A program made the position numbers and the translations under genes. From Octopus bimaculoides (Eukaryota): 58,487 bases of DNA. The notes beneath the pieces were generated by a model. That model was not told where the DNA came from. It saw nothing but the letters and a program-made list of their open reading frames with translations, and ran no database searches. The stretch spans positions 31,899,228 through 31,957,714 of the forward strand of contig NC_068990.1 of the NCBI RefSeq assembly GCF_001194135.2, given 5' to 3'. Every line of letters starts with the position of its first letter. The stretch's first letter is position 1. Shown here piece after piece: positions 1-47,814 of this stretch.

Positions 1-699
1 TAATTAATGATAAACCTATAGGGTTATTTCTGAAAACTTTATTCAAAAGTTTGAAAGCGTAGCCTGTGTTGTATAAGTATGGAAAGATAGTCACTCATCT
101 GCTGCTCATTGAAAAGTAAAAGAAATTTGAATACAATGATTACTTAATGCTCTTTATACATACATTTTATATACTTTATGCATAATTTTATAGACTTCAT
201 ACACAATGCTTGGGAATTAAATATTTGCTCTTCTTTTATATTTTCCCTGTAAAAAAAAAATCACCACACATATGATACAACCTTCAGTTAAATTGCATGT
301 ACGTAGCACATAAACAAGCACGAATATTTTGTGGATGTGCACTTATGCACATGTGTTAAGTGATGGGTGATGTAAAAAAAAACTTAGATCAGTTCAAAAA
401 AATACACTTTTCACTATCCACTCACAAGCACCACCCCACCCTCACCAGCTTCACCAGCACTATCATCTCTCTCTACCCTCTCATTACATCCCCTCCTTCT
501 GTCATTCTCTCTCTCTCTCTCTCTCTCCCTCCCTCTCTCTTTCTCTCTACCCTCCCACTGCATTTCTTTAACCTCACCATCAGAACATCATCTCTGCTAA
601 AATTATATTTCTAACTCACCTTCTCTCTATCACTAATGTCAACTAACTTTTTTTAACCACGTAATAAATTTTACGTTCCAAAGATCAAATATCAAGTGC

Positions 700-1100
700 T
701 TTTCACTTGGCACTGGCACAGGACTCTTGCAGGTCAATCCTTACCTCCAGGGGTACCAGTTTTATCATTTCTGCCATGAAGTACGGGTCTTTTTGAGTAC
801 TACAAAGCACCAGTCATCTTAGTCCTTCGTCTTCCCACCCACCCACCAAATATTCAGCATCTTGAAGTTGTTCCTCTGTACTTTGTCCCATGTTTTCCTG
901 GATCTCCCACTTCCACGTGTTTCATCTACTTTGAGATATCGGCACTTCTTTATCGAACTGTCGGCATCCATCCACGTCACATGACCAAACCAGTGCAGTC
1001 TTCTCTCTAGCACAGTTGAACATATACACTTGGATTATACATCCAGCGGAGCTAACTAACTTCATTTCTTTCTAACCTTCGCATGTACCCTGCATTCAGG
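700..1100 (-). mobile_element. RTE-clade LINE 3' ORF remnant
   Basis: RRLHWFGHVTWM..RGSGRSRKTW C-terminal RTE signature (ORF 819-1013); boundaries approximate. Confidence 0.75.
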
Positions 1101-1549
1101 GCCCACATTTTACTACCATGTAGCATCCTCCTTTCACTCAGAGAGGGAAACCTCTGAATTTCTTCCATCCTTCTCTTATTCTAGCTATGACAATCTCCAT
1201 GCATCCCCCCCCCACTACTAATTTGGTCGCCTAAGTAGCAGAAATTATCTACTACCGCTAATGATCTACCAGAGCATTTGACAGAATCAATTTACTGAGT
1301 CTCTATAGTTTTTATGGGTCCTGTGCACACCTTCCACATATGAACACTACCCTCTCTGATAACTTAACTATTAATCCACTGCATTTCTTGTGTGTCCATA
1401 ATATATAAGAAATTGTGAGCACTAACTGTCAAATCACAGTTTTATTAGAATTACATGTTACTCTAGTGTCAAATGATAGTTATTAGGTTTTTATTAAGAA
1501 TAGAAAGCCCTTCAATGAGTAAAGTTTCCAGTTTCATTTCCATTCTCAG

Positions 1550-1599
1550 TCACTGCTATTTTACTACATTTCATCTCTGTGCAAATCATTATCTTTGAG
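1550..1599 (+). CDS. Possible upstream exon of the RPTP gene (hydrophobic, unassigned)
   Basis: Pyrimidine tract + cag acceptor (1548-49) and strong gag|GTGAGT donor; open in two frames (TAILLHFISVQIIIFE or SLLFYYISSLCKSLSL) but neither phase joins directly to exon 3202. Confidence 0.3.
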
Positions 1600-3201
1600 G
1601 TGAGTATTAACAACCCTGATCTTGTTTCCAATGTTAAATGAGCAATATAGTAAACAAAAGCTTCCAACATGTTAAATCTTAGACTTTGTTTTGATTCTTT
1701 GTTTTAACCATTGCACTTCACATTCATTGATTATGGTCTTAACAATATGAAATCCATCACCTATATAAAAATAATTACAATGTTGAAAAAGATTGGGTAA
1801 AAGTGTGATTTATTGTGGGAGGAAGATTTTGTATGTAGCAGACCTTAATGATATATATTAGACACTAGATACTCCAAACCGTAATGATGGATTTTTCATT
1901 TTTTTTTTTATTGGTAATAAATGATGTTGATAATGAGGATGATTATAAAGGTGATTTAAAAGCCAAGAAAATTAAAAAACAAAAAAAAACAGGAAACAAG
2001 AAAATTGCAGCTTTGCTGCATGATAGTGGTGTCAGACGTGGCAAGTAGGCCATCATATGATCTATTTTCTTCTTCTGTTTTACAAATCCAGTGTGCACTG
2101 CACATTGTGTGTGCATACTTCTCTTTCCAGTTATTACTCAAAACTGTTTACAGATCACAACCATCTCATGAACCTGTGTTCGTGAGAAGTACTTCACGCT
2201 CTAATGGTTGTTAAAGGAAACAAAAGCAAAAGAGATGTCTATCAACAATGATACTTGTGATGAACTTTCCCATGTCATTCATTACAGCCACACCAAGGGA
2301 GGTAACTGAATATAACTATGTTAATTACGCAACGGAGATCCTGTAAAATAAATAGTAACTTAAGTCAACAGGATCAAAGGTCTAGCAGGAGCCATAGGTT
2401 CATCAGACCCTTTTCCAGTATACTGTGACATATATATTCCACTCCAACCCAGTCAGGATGCCAGTTTGTTGCAGGGTTACTCATTTTTGCCTGCTGAGTT
2501 GGCTGGAGCAATGTGAATTGAAGTGTTTTGCTCAAAAAACACAACATACTGCAGGATTCAAAACCGCAACCTTACAATTATGAGTACATTATCCATAACC
2601 ACTAAGCCATGTGCCCAACAACTGGCTGAGTACTGGAATCAATAAAAATAATTGACAGAAACCCAAAAGAAAATTAGGAAAATAAACTCTACATTTTGTG
2701 CATGCATGCATGTGCGTCTCTCTGTGTGCATATGCATATACATGTGTAAGAGCGAGAGATAGATGGAGAGAGAGAGAGTTACATGTGTCTGTCAGGGCAG
2801 ACACCTGGTTGTGCTTGAATTCAGTATTCTAGTTTCAAAGTACTCTTAACACATACAGTAATGAGCTGGTAATGAATGACTTGCTAACCAATTTACATTG
2901 TAGTTGAATGAACTGTAATATTATAAAACTAGTACTGTGTCGAAATATGAGAAGCAGTCGTTTGGAAGGTAGAATGGCACCCAACAAGTAGTGATACTAT
3001 CATCATCATCATCATCATCACTATATTGGTGATTGAAGTATTGGTGATAATGTTGATGATGTGAATACTGATGACATTGGTGATAATGATTATAGTCATG
3101 ATATATTCTCAATATTCTTTTACTATAGTACGTACATGTTTTATTAAATGAAATATGCTTCCTAAGTTCTTTTATTTTATATTCTTTTCCTGTCATCACA
3201 G

Positions 3202-37361
<34,160 letters not shown>

Positions 37362-37493
37362 GAAAATTAAATTCAAAGATTCACATTTTTTACTACTGCT
37401 GAAAAGAAATAATTAACATCATTGTGCCAGATTTTTCATTTGTATACCAACTTTGAAATTCATTTTGCTGCACAAAGTTTGCATGTGCATAAA

Positions 37494-37554
<61 letters not shown>

Positions 37555-38062
37555 CATGCATGAGAGAGAGAGAGTGTATGTGTGTGCTTGTCTGTGTACA
37601 TAAACAATTGTATTCATGAACACACACACATATAAATATATATATCTATATGTGTGTGCGTGTATATATACATATATATATATATCTGCACTCAAGTGCA
37701 CATGTCAAATTTGAATTGGTTGATATTACTGAAGGCATTCCTTTCCTTTGTGCTTAGATATTAAGCACAACAAGAGAAAGTTTTCAACAGCTTAACTTAT
37801 TGCTGAGAAAATCCATTAATCAAAGTTTTTATTTTTTTAATTTGCTATATTACATATGTAAGAGTCTATTTAATTACACACACACATATACACATGCACA
37901 TATACACATACATGCGCGCACACAGACACAGACACCCACAAACACACACACATATTTCGATATATATATATTACAGAAATAAATCTACAAACAAATGTAT
38001 ACAAATATATTTCATATACATACACTTATGACAAATGAAAATATATATAGACAATATATGTG

Positions 38063-38106
<44 letters not shown>

Positions 38107-38475
38107 NNNNNNNNNNNNNNNNNNNNNNNNNNNNNNNNNNNNNNNNNNNNNNNNNNNNNNNNNNNNNNNNNNNNNNNNNNNNNNNNNNNNNNNNNNNNNN
38201 NNNNNNNNNNNNNNNNNNNNNNNNNNNNNNNNNNNNNNNNNNNNNNNNNNNNNNNNNNNNNNNNNNNNNNNNNNNNNNNNNNNNNNNNNNNNNNNNNNNN
38301 NNNNNNNNNNNNNNNNNNNNNNNNNNNNNNNNNNNNNNNNNNNNNNNNNNNNNNNNNNNNNNNNNNNNNNNNNNNNNNNNNNNNNNNNNNNNNNNNNNNN
38401 NNNNNNNNNNNNNNNNNNNNNNNNNNNNNNNNNNNNNNNNNNNNNNNNNNNNNNNNNNNNNNNNNNNNNNNNNNN

Positions 38476-38517
<42 letters not shown>

Positions 38518-40054
38518 CTAAAAATGATAGATAGGATGGTCATAGATGGAGCCACTCTTAATTATGACCATATGTTCATTCATTCAGCTTTATGCTACAC
38601 AATAAATATAACACTGACACAAATATAAATGCACAGAAACGCTTTATAAATGGAACTTGTATAAAACATGCATAATGATGGACTTTTATAGCTGATATCA
38701 TTTACTGAAGGGTTACATACCAAATAACAGGTGTATGATAAAAGCAACACATACATGATACAATGATAAGTATATATATGTATGTATATGTATATTTCCA
38801 TATATATGAGTGTGTATGTATAGTTATACATACATATATATGTGTGTGTGTATGTCTATGTGTGCTTGTATTTATGTATGTATATGTATTTCTATATACT
38901 TGTGTGTACATGTGCATATTTATATGTCACATTAAACATATATATATCTATTTGCTCAAAGTAATAGAGCACTTAATATAAGCTCAATAAAATATTCCTT
39001 TTGAATATTCTTTATAAAATGTATATATATATTTTATANNNNNNNNNNNNNNNNNNNNNNNNNNNNNNNNNNNNNNNNNNNNNNNNNNNNNNNNNNNNNN
39101 NNNNNNNNNNNNNNNNNNNNNNNNNNNNNNNNNNNNNNNNNNNNNNNNNNNNNNNNNNNNNNNNNNNNNNNNNNNNNNNNNNNNNNNNNNNNNNNNNNNN
39201 NNNNNNNNNNNNNNNNNNNNNNNNNNNNNNNNNNATATTTCTGTGTGTGCGTGTTCAAACAATGAAAAAAGTAAGAAGAAGAAGAATGATAATAATTATG
39301 ATAATTTGGAATTGTTGTAAACTTACTATTATCCCAATTCTAATGAGTGCCTTAGAGAGGGGGGGGGGGCAGAAGCTTAAACGGTTGGTTGAAGATGTTG
39401 GATATCAAGGTGAATCTCCTGGTTTGCTTGCTTGGCACAGCAAAAATCATAACAAAGATGGCAGAAGGCAGCTTGATATTCAGCAATCCAATACCAGCAG
39501 AGCAACAACGAAATACTTAGTGAATGAAAATATTAATAACAATAATAATATTGTAATTTTGAATACCCTGATTGGTGCAAGAATAATCAGGTAATTAGAT
39601 CAGGTAAATGCTATTCATTAATGCTTTTCATATTTCAACTGCACCTTAAAACATATTAGATAAATAATATATATATATATACATATATATGTATTTTGAT
39701 ATTCAATACTATGTTGTAAATAAATAGCATGTTGGTAATATATTTACAAAATATATATAATTAATGTGTATGTGTTTGTATGCATGTATGAGAATATATG
39801 CATCTCATAATTTACGTGCATGTGTGTGTGTGCGCGTGCATGTGTATGTCTGTGTGTGTATGTGTGTGTGCGTGTGTGTGTGTGTGTGAGAGAGAGTGAG
39901 AGAGTAGTTCTAGTTCTGATTATCCAGAAAAATAATGTCTTGAACAAAATGTCTTCCAATTGCCACAAATATTCAATCTTATGTAAAGTAATTATTTTAA
40001 TTAAATATAATTGTTTCTAAAAGAATGTATTTATTATTATTTCCAATAACTATA

Positions 40055-40500
40055 TCATCATCATCATCACCATTTAACATCTGCTCTTCATGCTGGCATG
40101 GGTTAGACAGTTTGACTGGAGCTGATAAGCTGGAGAGCTGCACCAGGTTCTAGTTTGATTTGGCATGGTTTCTACAACTGGAAGCCCTTCCTAACACCAC
40201 CATTCCAGGAGTGTAATGGGTGCTTTTTACATGCCACCAGAATGGGAGCCATTTACATAATACTGGCAATGATCATGACTATGATTCACAGGTGGGTGCC
40301 ATTAGCATGTCACTGGCAATGACCACGATTACAATGCACAGGTGCTATTTACACGGCACCAGGAGTGACCACAACTACGACACACAGGTGCCATTTACAT
40401 GCCACCGACAACAACTACGACACACAGGTGCCATTTACATGCCATCACCAATGACCATGCTTCCCAGGTGCCAAATTACATGACGCCATTGATGATCACA
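40055..40500 (-). mobile_element. Diverged RTE 3'-UTR copy with internal minisatellite
   Basis: catcatcat tail, ctggcatgggtt..tttctac core, followed by tandem caggtgccatttacatgcc units. Confidence 0.7.
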
Positions 40501-40517
40501 ATGATGTGTGTGTATCT

Positions 40518-40849
40518 GTTGGCACTCCGTCGCTTACGTCAAGGGTTACAGTTGATCCGATCAACGGAACAGCCTGCTCGTGCAATTAATGTGCAAGTGG
40601 CTGAGCACTCCACAGACACGTGTACCCTTAACGTAGTTCTCGGGAATATTCAGCGTGACACAGTGTGACAAGGCTGACCCTTTGAATTACAGGCACAACA
40701 GAAACAGGAAGAGTGAGAGAAAGTTGTGATGGAAGAGTACAGCAGGGTTCGCCACCATCCCCTGCCGGAGCCTCGTGGAGCTTTAGGTGTTTTTTCACTC
40801 AATAAACACTCACAACGCCCAGTCTGGGAATTGAAACCGCGATCCTATG
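40518..40849 (-). mobile_element. SINE family A (head lost in gap)
   Basis: Near-identical to 47289-47630. Confidence 0.85.
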
Positions 40850-41162
40850 NNNNNNNNNNNNNNNNNNNNNNNNNNNNNNNNNNNNNNNNNNNNNNNNNNN
40901 NNNNNNNNNNNNNNNNNNNNNNNNNNNNNNNNNNNNNNNNNNNNNNNNNNNNNNNNNNNNNNNNNNNNNNNNNNNNNNNNNNNNNNNNNNNNNNNNNNNN
41001 NNNNNNNNNNNNNNNNNNNNNNNNNNNNNNNNNNNNNNNNNNNNNNNNNNNNNNNNNNNNNNNNNNNNNNNNNNNNNNNNNNNNNNNNNNNNNNNNNNNN
41101 NNNNNNNNNNNNNNNNNNNNNNNNNNNNNNNNNNNNNNNNNNNNNNNNNNNNNNNNNNNNNN

Positions 41163-41349
41163 TTTTTTTTCTTTTATTCTTTTACGTGTTTCAGTCATTT
41201 TGACTGTGGCCATGCTGGAGCACCACCATTTTGTTGAATAAATCGACCCCGGACTTATTCTTTGTAAACTTAGTTACAGGGATGTAAACACACCAACAAT
41301 GGTTTTCAAGCAATGGTTGGGGGACAAACACAGACACAAACATATACAC

Positions 41350-41383
<34 letters not shown>

Positions 41384-41540
41384 ACACGGCGGGCATCTTT
41401 CAGTTTCCGTCTACCAAATCCACTCACAAGGCTTTGGTTGGCCCAAGGCTGTAGCAGAAGACACTTGCCCAAGGTGCCATGCAGTGGGACTGGTCCCGGG
41501 GCCATGTGGTTGGAAAGCAAGCTTCGTACCACACAGCCAC
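41163..41540 (-). mobile_element. SINE family C, near full length
   Basis: Same three-part structure; head ends cacacagccac. Confidence 0.85.
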
Positions 41541-42953
41541 ACCTGCACCTATATATTTAATATTTTTTGAAATATATTTAATATTTTGTATTAATGGGTA
41601 TAAGTGAATTTGTGTGTTGAAATGTTGAATAGAGCACTGGCAGAGTTTGGGTAACCTGGTGTCATCCGCAGTCGGGGTATATTACTTCAGGAACTCTGCA
41701 GCATTGGTTGAGATAATAATAATAATTACCTAAGTAACCAGAAGATGAATTTGGTATTAATCTTTATTTTGTGCAATGATCATTTCAACACAACTTTATG
41801 TATAGATGTACCTGATGAGACCCAGTCTGCAAAATGGATGCAACACAACATGTTGAATGGAGTCCCACCCATAAGGGATAAAAGCAGGATGTGTCAAAAT
41901 GACTATTGTACAAAATAAAGATCAATACCAAATCTATCTTTCTCTGTCTTTAGCAAAAGTTGAAGCTTGAAACTATTTTGTGTCACAGGTCAACTTTTAA
42001 GATGGGTCTCCAAGTTTTCTTTGATCTACCATTTGGTTTCTTTCCACCAGCTCATAACCATGTCATTTCAATTCTTGCTGGGATATTTTCCTCCATTTGT
42101 AGGGCATGATCTGCCAGCTACATTCTTCTGCCCTTAATGACAAGATTAAGGCATATGGCATTGGTTCTTCGAAGCCTCTCCTCGTTTGTGATCTTGACTT
42201 GCTGTCTAATGCTTCTGTTTATTTTCCTCGCCATATCTTTTTTAATTGTTTCCTTTCCCACAAGCAACGAAGGAAAAAAAAGCAAAAGAAAATCTCCAGA
42301 GTAAGCTCCCTTGAATTACTGCACACTAAATCTCACGTACATGAGTGATTATTCTTGATATACTCTTCAAACATAAAACGTTGTCTTCGCGACTTGTAGC
42401 CAATACAAGAAGACATCATTTTTTTTTTTAATTTTCAAAATGAAAGATATAAAAACAAATTTATTTGAATAAATTATACTCTCCTTATATTACTTGACGA
42501 TGAGTGTCAATATCTCGATCTTATTTTTAATGAAAATGCATCTTTGTATGTTTATTCCTTTTAATCACTTCTTGAACTGAAGTTTGTTTNNNNNNNNNNN
42601 NNNNNNNNNNNNNNNNNNNNNNNNNNNNNNNNNNNNNNNNNNNNNNNNNNNNNNNNNNNNNNNNNNNNNNNNNNNNNNNNNNNNNNNNNNNNNNNNNNNN
42701 NNNNNNNNNNNNNNNNNNNNNNNNNNNNNNNNNNNNNNNNNNNNNNNNNNNNNNNNNNNNNNNNNNNNNNNNNNNNNNNNNNNNNNNNNNNNNNNNNNNN
42801 NNNNNNNNNNNNNNNNNNNNNNNNNNNNNNNNNNNNNNNNNNNNNNNNNNNNNNNNNNNNNNNNNNNNNNNNNNNNNNNNNNNNNNNNNNNNNNNNNNNN
42901 NNNNNNNNNNNNNNNNNNNNNNNNNNNNNNNNNNNNNNNNNNNNNNNNNNNNN

Positions 42954-43318
42954 GCTAACGACGTTGAGGGTTCCAGTTGATCCGATCAACGGAACAGCCT
43001 GCTTATGAAATTAACGCGCAAGTGGCTGAGCACTCCACAGACACGTGTACCCTTAACGTAGTTCTCGGGAATATTCAGCGTGACACAGTGTGACAAGGCT
43101 GACTCTTTGAATTACAGGCACAACAGAAATAGGAATGAAGAGTGAGAGAAAGTTGTGGTGGAAGGGTACAGCAGGGTTCGCCACCATCCCCTGCAGGAGC
43201 CTCGTGGAGCTTTAGGTGTTTTCGCTCAATAAACACTCACAACGCCCGGTGTGGGAATCGAAACCACGATCCTATGACTACGAATCCGCTGCCCTAACCA
43301 CTGGGCCATTGCGCCTCC
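42954..43318 (-). mobile_element. SINE family A
   Basis: Intact tRNA-like head ending gcgcctcc; tail lost in gap. Confidence 0.85.
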
Positions 43319-44227
43319 GATTTATATATAAACAGTTAACTTCAATCAGAGTAGTACGGATGATACTAGGAAGACGTAAGTTAGTTCCCTTGTATTTTTA
43401 TTTACTTCTTTTACCTTCCTATACTGGAAGATTGCCATACTTCTTTTCAAATAAATTAGTTCTGTATTTTGGATAAAAACAAAAATGGGTCGCACCGTTG
43501 TGTATGAAGAGTGACCTCCCTTGTTATGTGAATCTACTATTTACTATCTGATTAATTGATTTCTTTCGCTTCATTGTCGATATTGTTACTAGAGAAACGA
43601 AAAGGATGCTGACATAAGTCGAAACTCTGGGTTTAAAACTTACAATGGGTCACTATACAAGATGCAATATTTTCTTGTTGCTATCACAGCTTAATATCAA
43701 TATTAAAATTATAACAATTTATTGTAAACTTTAGAATGATTAATTAAAATTCCAAAGTGATATGTATCTGCAGGTCAGTTAACTAGAAAACTAGGTATCA
43801 GACTGGTTGGAATTTTGTCCACATACAGATGCAAGCATAGCTGCACAGTTCAGAAGCTCACTTCACAGCCATGCCTATGACTGCAATGTAGTACAATTAA
43901 TGTCTTCTGTTGGATCCTAAGATTAATCAATAACAAATGAACAGAATTCAGTAGAAAGCAGTCATGTGTGTTGTGCATATGTTTACACCCAACAATGGAA
44001 GTGGGTTCTAAGAATTAGCTGTTTGCTAGGATCTTTGAGGTTGAGGTAAGGAAAGAACGTGGCCAGACACTATAATACCACCACCAATCCTGTAAGCTTA
44101 AAGTTACAGGAATGTCATTCCCCTGCATAGCTTGCCATTTCCATCACTGTTTATACCTGCCAATAAATATAATGTTGTTTCTATCATGTTCTGTAAATAA
44201 GCTATTCAAAAAATAAAAATAAAATAC

Positions 44228-44450
44228 TGCGTGACCGTTGCCAGTACCGCCTGACTGGCCTTCGTGCCGGTGGCACGTAAAAGCACCCACTACACTCTTG
44301 GAGTGGTTGGCATTAGGAAGGGCATCCAGCTGTAGAAACTCTGCCAAATCAGATTGGAGCCTGGTGTAGCCATCTGGTTCCACCAGTCCTCAGTCAAATC
44401 GTCCAACCCATGCTAGCATGAAAGTGGACGTTAAATGACGATGATGATGA
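44228..44450 (+). mobile_element. RTE 3'-UTR fragment
   Basis: Same family; ends gacgatgatgatga. Confidence 0.85.
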
Positions 44451-45350
44451 CTGGAAGATTATACAGTATAACCAACTAAAACCTAGTTTTAGCCATCAGA
44501 CTTCAGTTATGCAGATGCCCCAACATTGCGCCGGTGGAATGACTGAAATCACTAAAACAATATATAATATATAAATTGACCTTTTTTAAAATAAAAGTCA
44601 TCAAGAAATACTGACAATTTATTGTACTGCAAATACTGGTAGGCAAAATTAATGCAAGTCTTTTATGGGTGTTTTTTCTGTCGAAAATATGAAGATATTG
44701 CAAGTAAAAAGATTGGTAATCATTTCAGTCAACCGAAAGAAGGATCCATGTGAAGAGTAACCTTGCACATTAAGCAATGGGTAGAAACTTGATACCATAT
44801 ACACAATGCAAGCAATGAATGCACAAAAGACACAGTAGAATCTCTGGTTGGATGTGTAAGAGTAGTTTAATGATACAGCAGTTATGGATGTAATATGGCC
44901 AAATAGTTAAGCCATCCACTCAGCAATCATGTACCCTTGATTTTATCCCTTGTATGGCATCTTCAGTAAAGTGTCTTTTGCCATAGCTTCAGCTCAACCC
45001 AAGCCTTGGGAGTGAAATAGGATAGATGAAAACTGTTTGGAAGCTCATTGATTGGTTATACATTATGCTGTGTGGATTAAGAGTAAATATGTCTATTGAA
45101 TATTCAGCCACTTATTCAACGAGTAGGTAATTCAATTGATCACAATAGATTACTCATCAATGAAACTGGTAGCGTTTCATTACTTTATCAATGAGTAGCT
45201 GAGGACACAAAATCTTAGTCATTTGAAAAGTGGCCTCAATAGGTAAACAGCAGGAACTCAATACCATGAAATCAAGGCAAGCAATAGGTACAGAAAGATG
45301 CCATAGAATCTTTGGTTGACTGAGGAACTAGAACTATGGATGTTCTAGAT

Positions 45351-46114
45351 CAGTGCTTCACAACCAGGGTCCATATAAGATTTTGCTGGTAAAATTTGTC
45401 TGCAATAAATTGCTTATAATTCTACAATACACAAAATATTAAAAATTTTAATACAATTCCTAATAACATTTAATTATAAAAATACAGTATGGTTTTATAT
45501 ATATATATAAAACATGGTCATTACCAGCGTCGCCTTCCTGGCACTTCTGCCACAGCTTCGCATTCCTGGCATGTGAAAAGCCATTCGAGCGAGATCGTTG
45601 CCAGTGCCGCTGGATTGGCAACTGTGCGGGTGGCACATAAAATACACCATTTTGAGCATGGCCATTGCCAATACCGCCTGACTGGCCTTCGTGCTGGTGG
45701 CACATAAAGGCACCCACTACACTCTGAGTGGTTGGCATTAGGAAGGGCATCCAGCTGTAGAAACTCTGCCAAATCAGATTGGAGCCTGGTGTAGCCATCT
45801 GGTTCACCAGTCCTCAGTCAAATCGTCCAACCCATGCTAGCATGGAAAGTAGACGTTAAATGATGATGATNNNNNNNNNNCATTAGGAAGGGCATCCAGC
45901 TGTAGAAACTCTGCCAAATCAGATTGGAGCCTGGTGTAGCCATCTGGTTCACCAGTCCTCAGTCAAATCGTCCAACCCATGCTAGCATGGAAAGTAGACG
46001 TTAAATGATGATGATAATGATGATATATATATAATCAAATAGCTATGGAACTCCAGTCGAGTAAAACAGAAATCAAATGGGTTCCCATAGGCAAAAATTG
46101 GTTGAGAGCTACTG
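45351..46114. mobile_element. hAT (Charlie-like) MITE with 8-bp TSD TTCTAGAT
   Basis: TSD at 45343-45350 and 46115-46122; 15-bp imperfect TIRs cagtgcttcacaacc / ggttgagagctactg (11/15 match). Confidence 0.85.
45511..46022 (+). mobile_element. RTE 3'-UTR fragment nested in the hAT MITE
   Basis: Flanked by ATATATATATAA on both sides (ending 45510; 46023-46034); last 135 bp duplicated across a 10-N gap. Confidence 0.8.
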
Positions 46115-47288
46115 TTCTAGATGTATGAAAGTAGTTAGCATAAGGAATTCATAAAATGACATCTGCAAACTGCTGAGATAACTTCCTAGATGCTTGTTAC
46201 TTAGATGATCTTTAAAGAGAAGCTATAGTAAAAGTATGCAATACCTGTGCAAGGAAGAGGTGGAAAACCTTGGAAAAGAAAAAAAGGTCCTGTATTTACA
46301 AAAAAACTGACCATATGAAGAACACATATAAAGAGTGAGTTGCTACATGGCAAAGGAATATGAGCATTGAATGTAGAAGATCAGTGAAATCTAGAGAAAT
46401 GAGTCGAGTATGACCCAATGCATGTTTGTGGAGGTATGTGGCTAAGTGGTTAGGGTATTGGACTCATGATGTAGGTGGGGGAAACCAGGAAATCAATCCT
46501 TATGAGTCAGCACAACTCAAGAAGATAATTTTACCCTTTTTTCTTTTTACAATGTATGTTTAACTTTAGTTCGCATATATTGCTTTCAAATCTTCCATGA
46601 TAGAAATGGGTATATTTGATTGAATCACCACCACCTTCTTATAAACATTTAATTTATTGTTATCCTCTTGGATACTTGGAAACACTTGGATTATAACCCC
46701 AAATTTAGACAGTCAAAAGTAATTTGTGGCCTTATACTTATTTGGAAGAGAGAATGGAATGGTTGATTATACCAAATTCAGCACTTCACCAGTATCAATT
46801 TAATTGATTCTTTTCCCCTTCCTACCAGAAGGATGAAGAAAAGTTGGCTTTTGTGGGATTCAAACAAAATGTAAAGAAGGTACAACCATTAGATGCTTTA
46901 TTTGACACTCTTCTGATTCTGGCAAACTATAGTCCTCAAAAACAGGAATATTAATGAAAGATATCTCTGCTACTACAACCACAATGAAGTTTGGTATTTG
47001 TTACATTGTAATGTGAACATAATACTGTTCAGAGATTATTTTCTACATTTAATGCTAACATGTTTTGCTCTATAGCTGCCTAATGGAACCTATAATCATT
47101 ATTTCTTCTTTCTGGAAGTGGCATATAGGACTACATTAGCCACCTTCTATTTTTCTTCTTTTTTTTTTTACCACCTTTTTATTTTTTTGGAAAGTAGTAG
47201 TAGTTTGGGGGAAATTTAACTATCATTCCTAGCAGAAGAATCAACCACTTAAAGGCTTTTTCACTGTGTCAAATTTATTACATTAGAT

Positions 47289-47672
47289 GTTGTTGTTGGC
47301 ACTCTGTCGCTTACGACGTCGAGGGTTCCAGTTGATCCAATCAACGGAACAGCTTGCTCATGAAATTAACGTGCAAGTGGCTGAGCACTCCACAGACACG
47401 TGTACCCATAACGTAGTTCTCTGGGATATTCAGCGTGACAGTGTGACAAGGCTGACCCTTTGAATTACAGGCACAACAGAAACAGGAAGTAAGAGAGAGA
47501 GAAAGTTGTGGTGGAAGAGTACAGCAGGGTTCGCCACCATCCCCTGCCGGAGCCTCGTGGAGCTTTAGGTGTTTTCGCTCAATAAACGCTCACAATGCCC
47601 GGTCTGGGAATTGAAACCGCGATCCTATGACCACGAGTCTGCTGCCCTAACCACTGGGCCATTGCGCCTCCA
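47289..47672 (-). mobile_element. SINE family A, full length
   Basis: (CAA)n tail to tRNA-like head with A/B boxes. Confidence 0.9.
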
Positions 47673-47814
47673 TGAACAATGTAGTAGATCGAGATGATTA
47701 TTTTTCAACTTGTAGAAGACATGAAGTGTTGAAATATTGTTCATTTGATAACAGTCGCACTCTTCTTATTGTTTCTTTACCTTCTGGAAGAGTAATATCA
47801 ATCCTTAAATATTA

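Noticed and set aside
2005-2330. Candidate extra RPTP exons (ORF 2005-2214; cattacag at 2287)
   Set aside because: No FN3 or signal signature and no convincing donor with the required phase
40255-40490. CRISPR-like repeat/spacer array
   Set aside because: Eukaryotic context, degenerate tandem units without unique spacers, no cas genes
43600-43640. ctgacataagtc-GAAAC
   Set aside because: Core G8/A9 missing and no stem II
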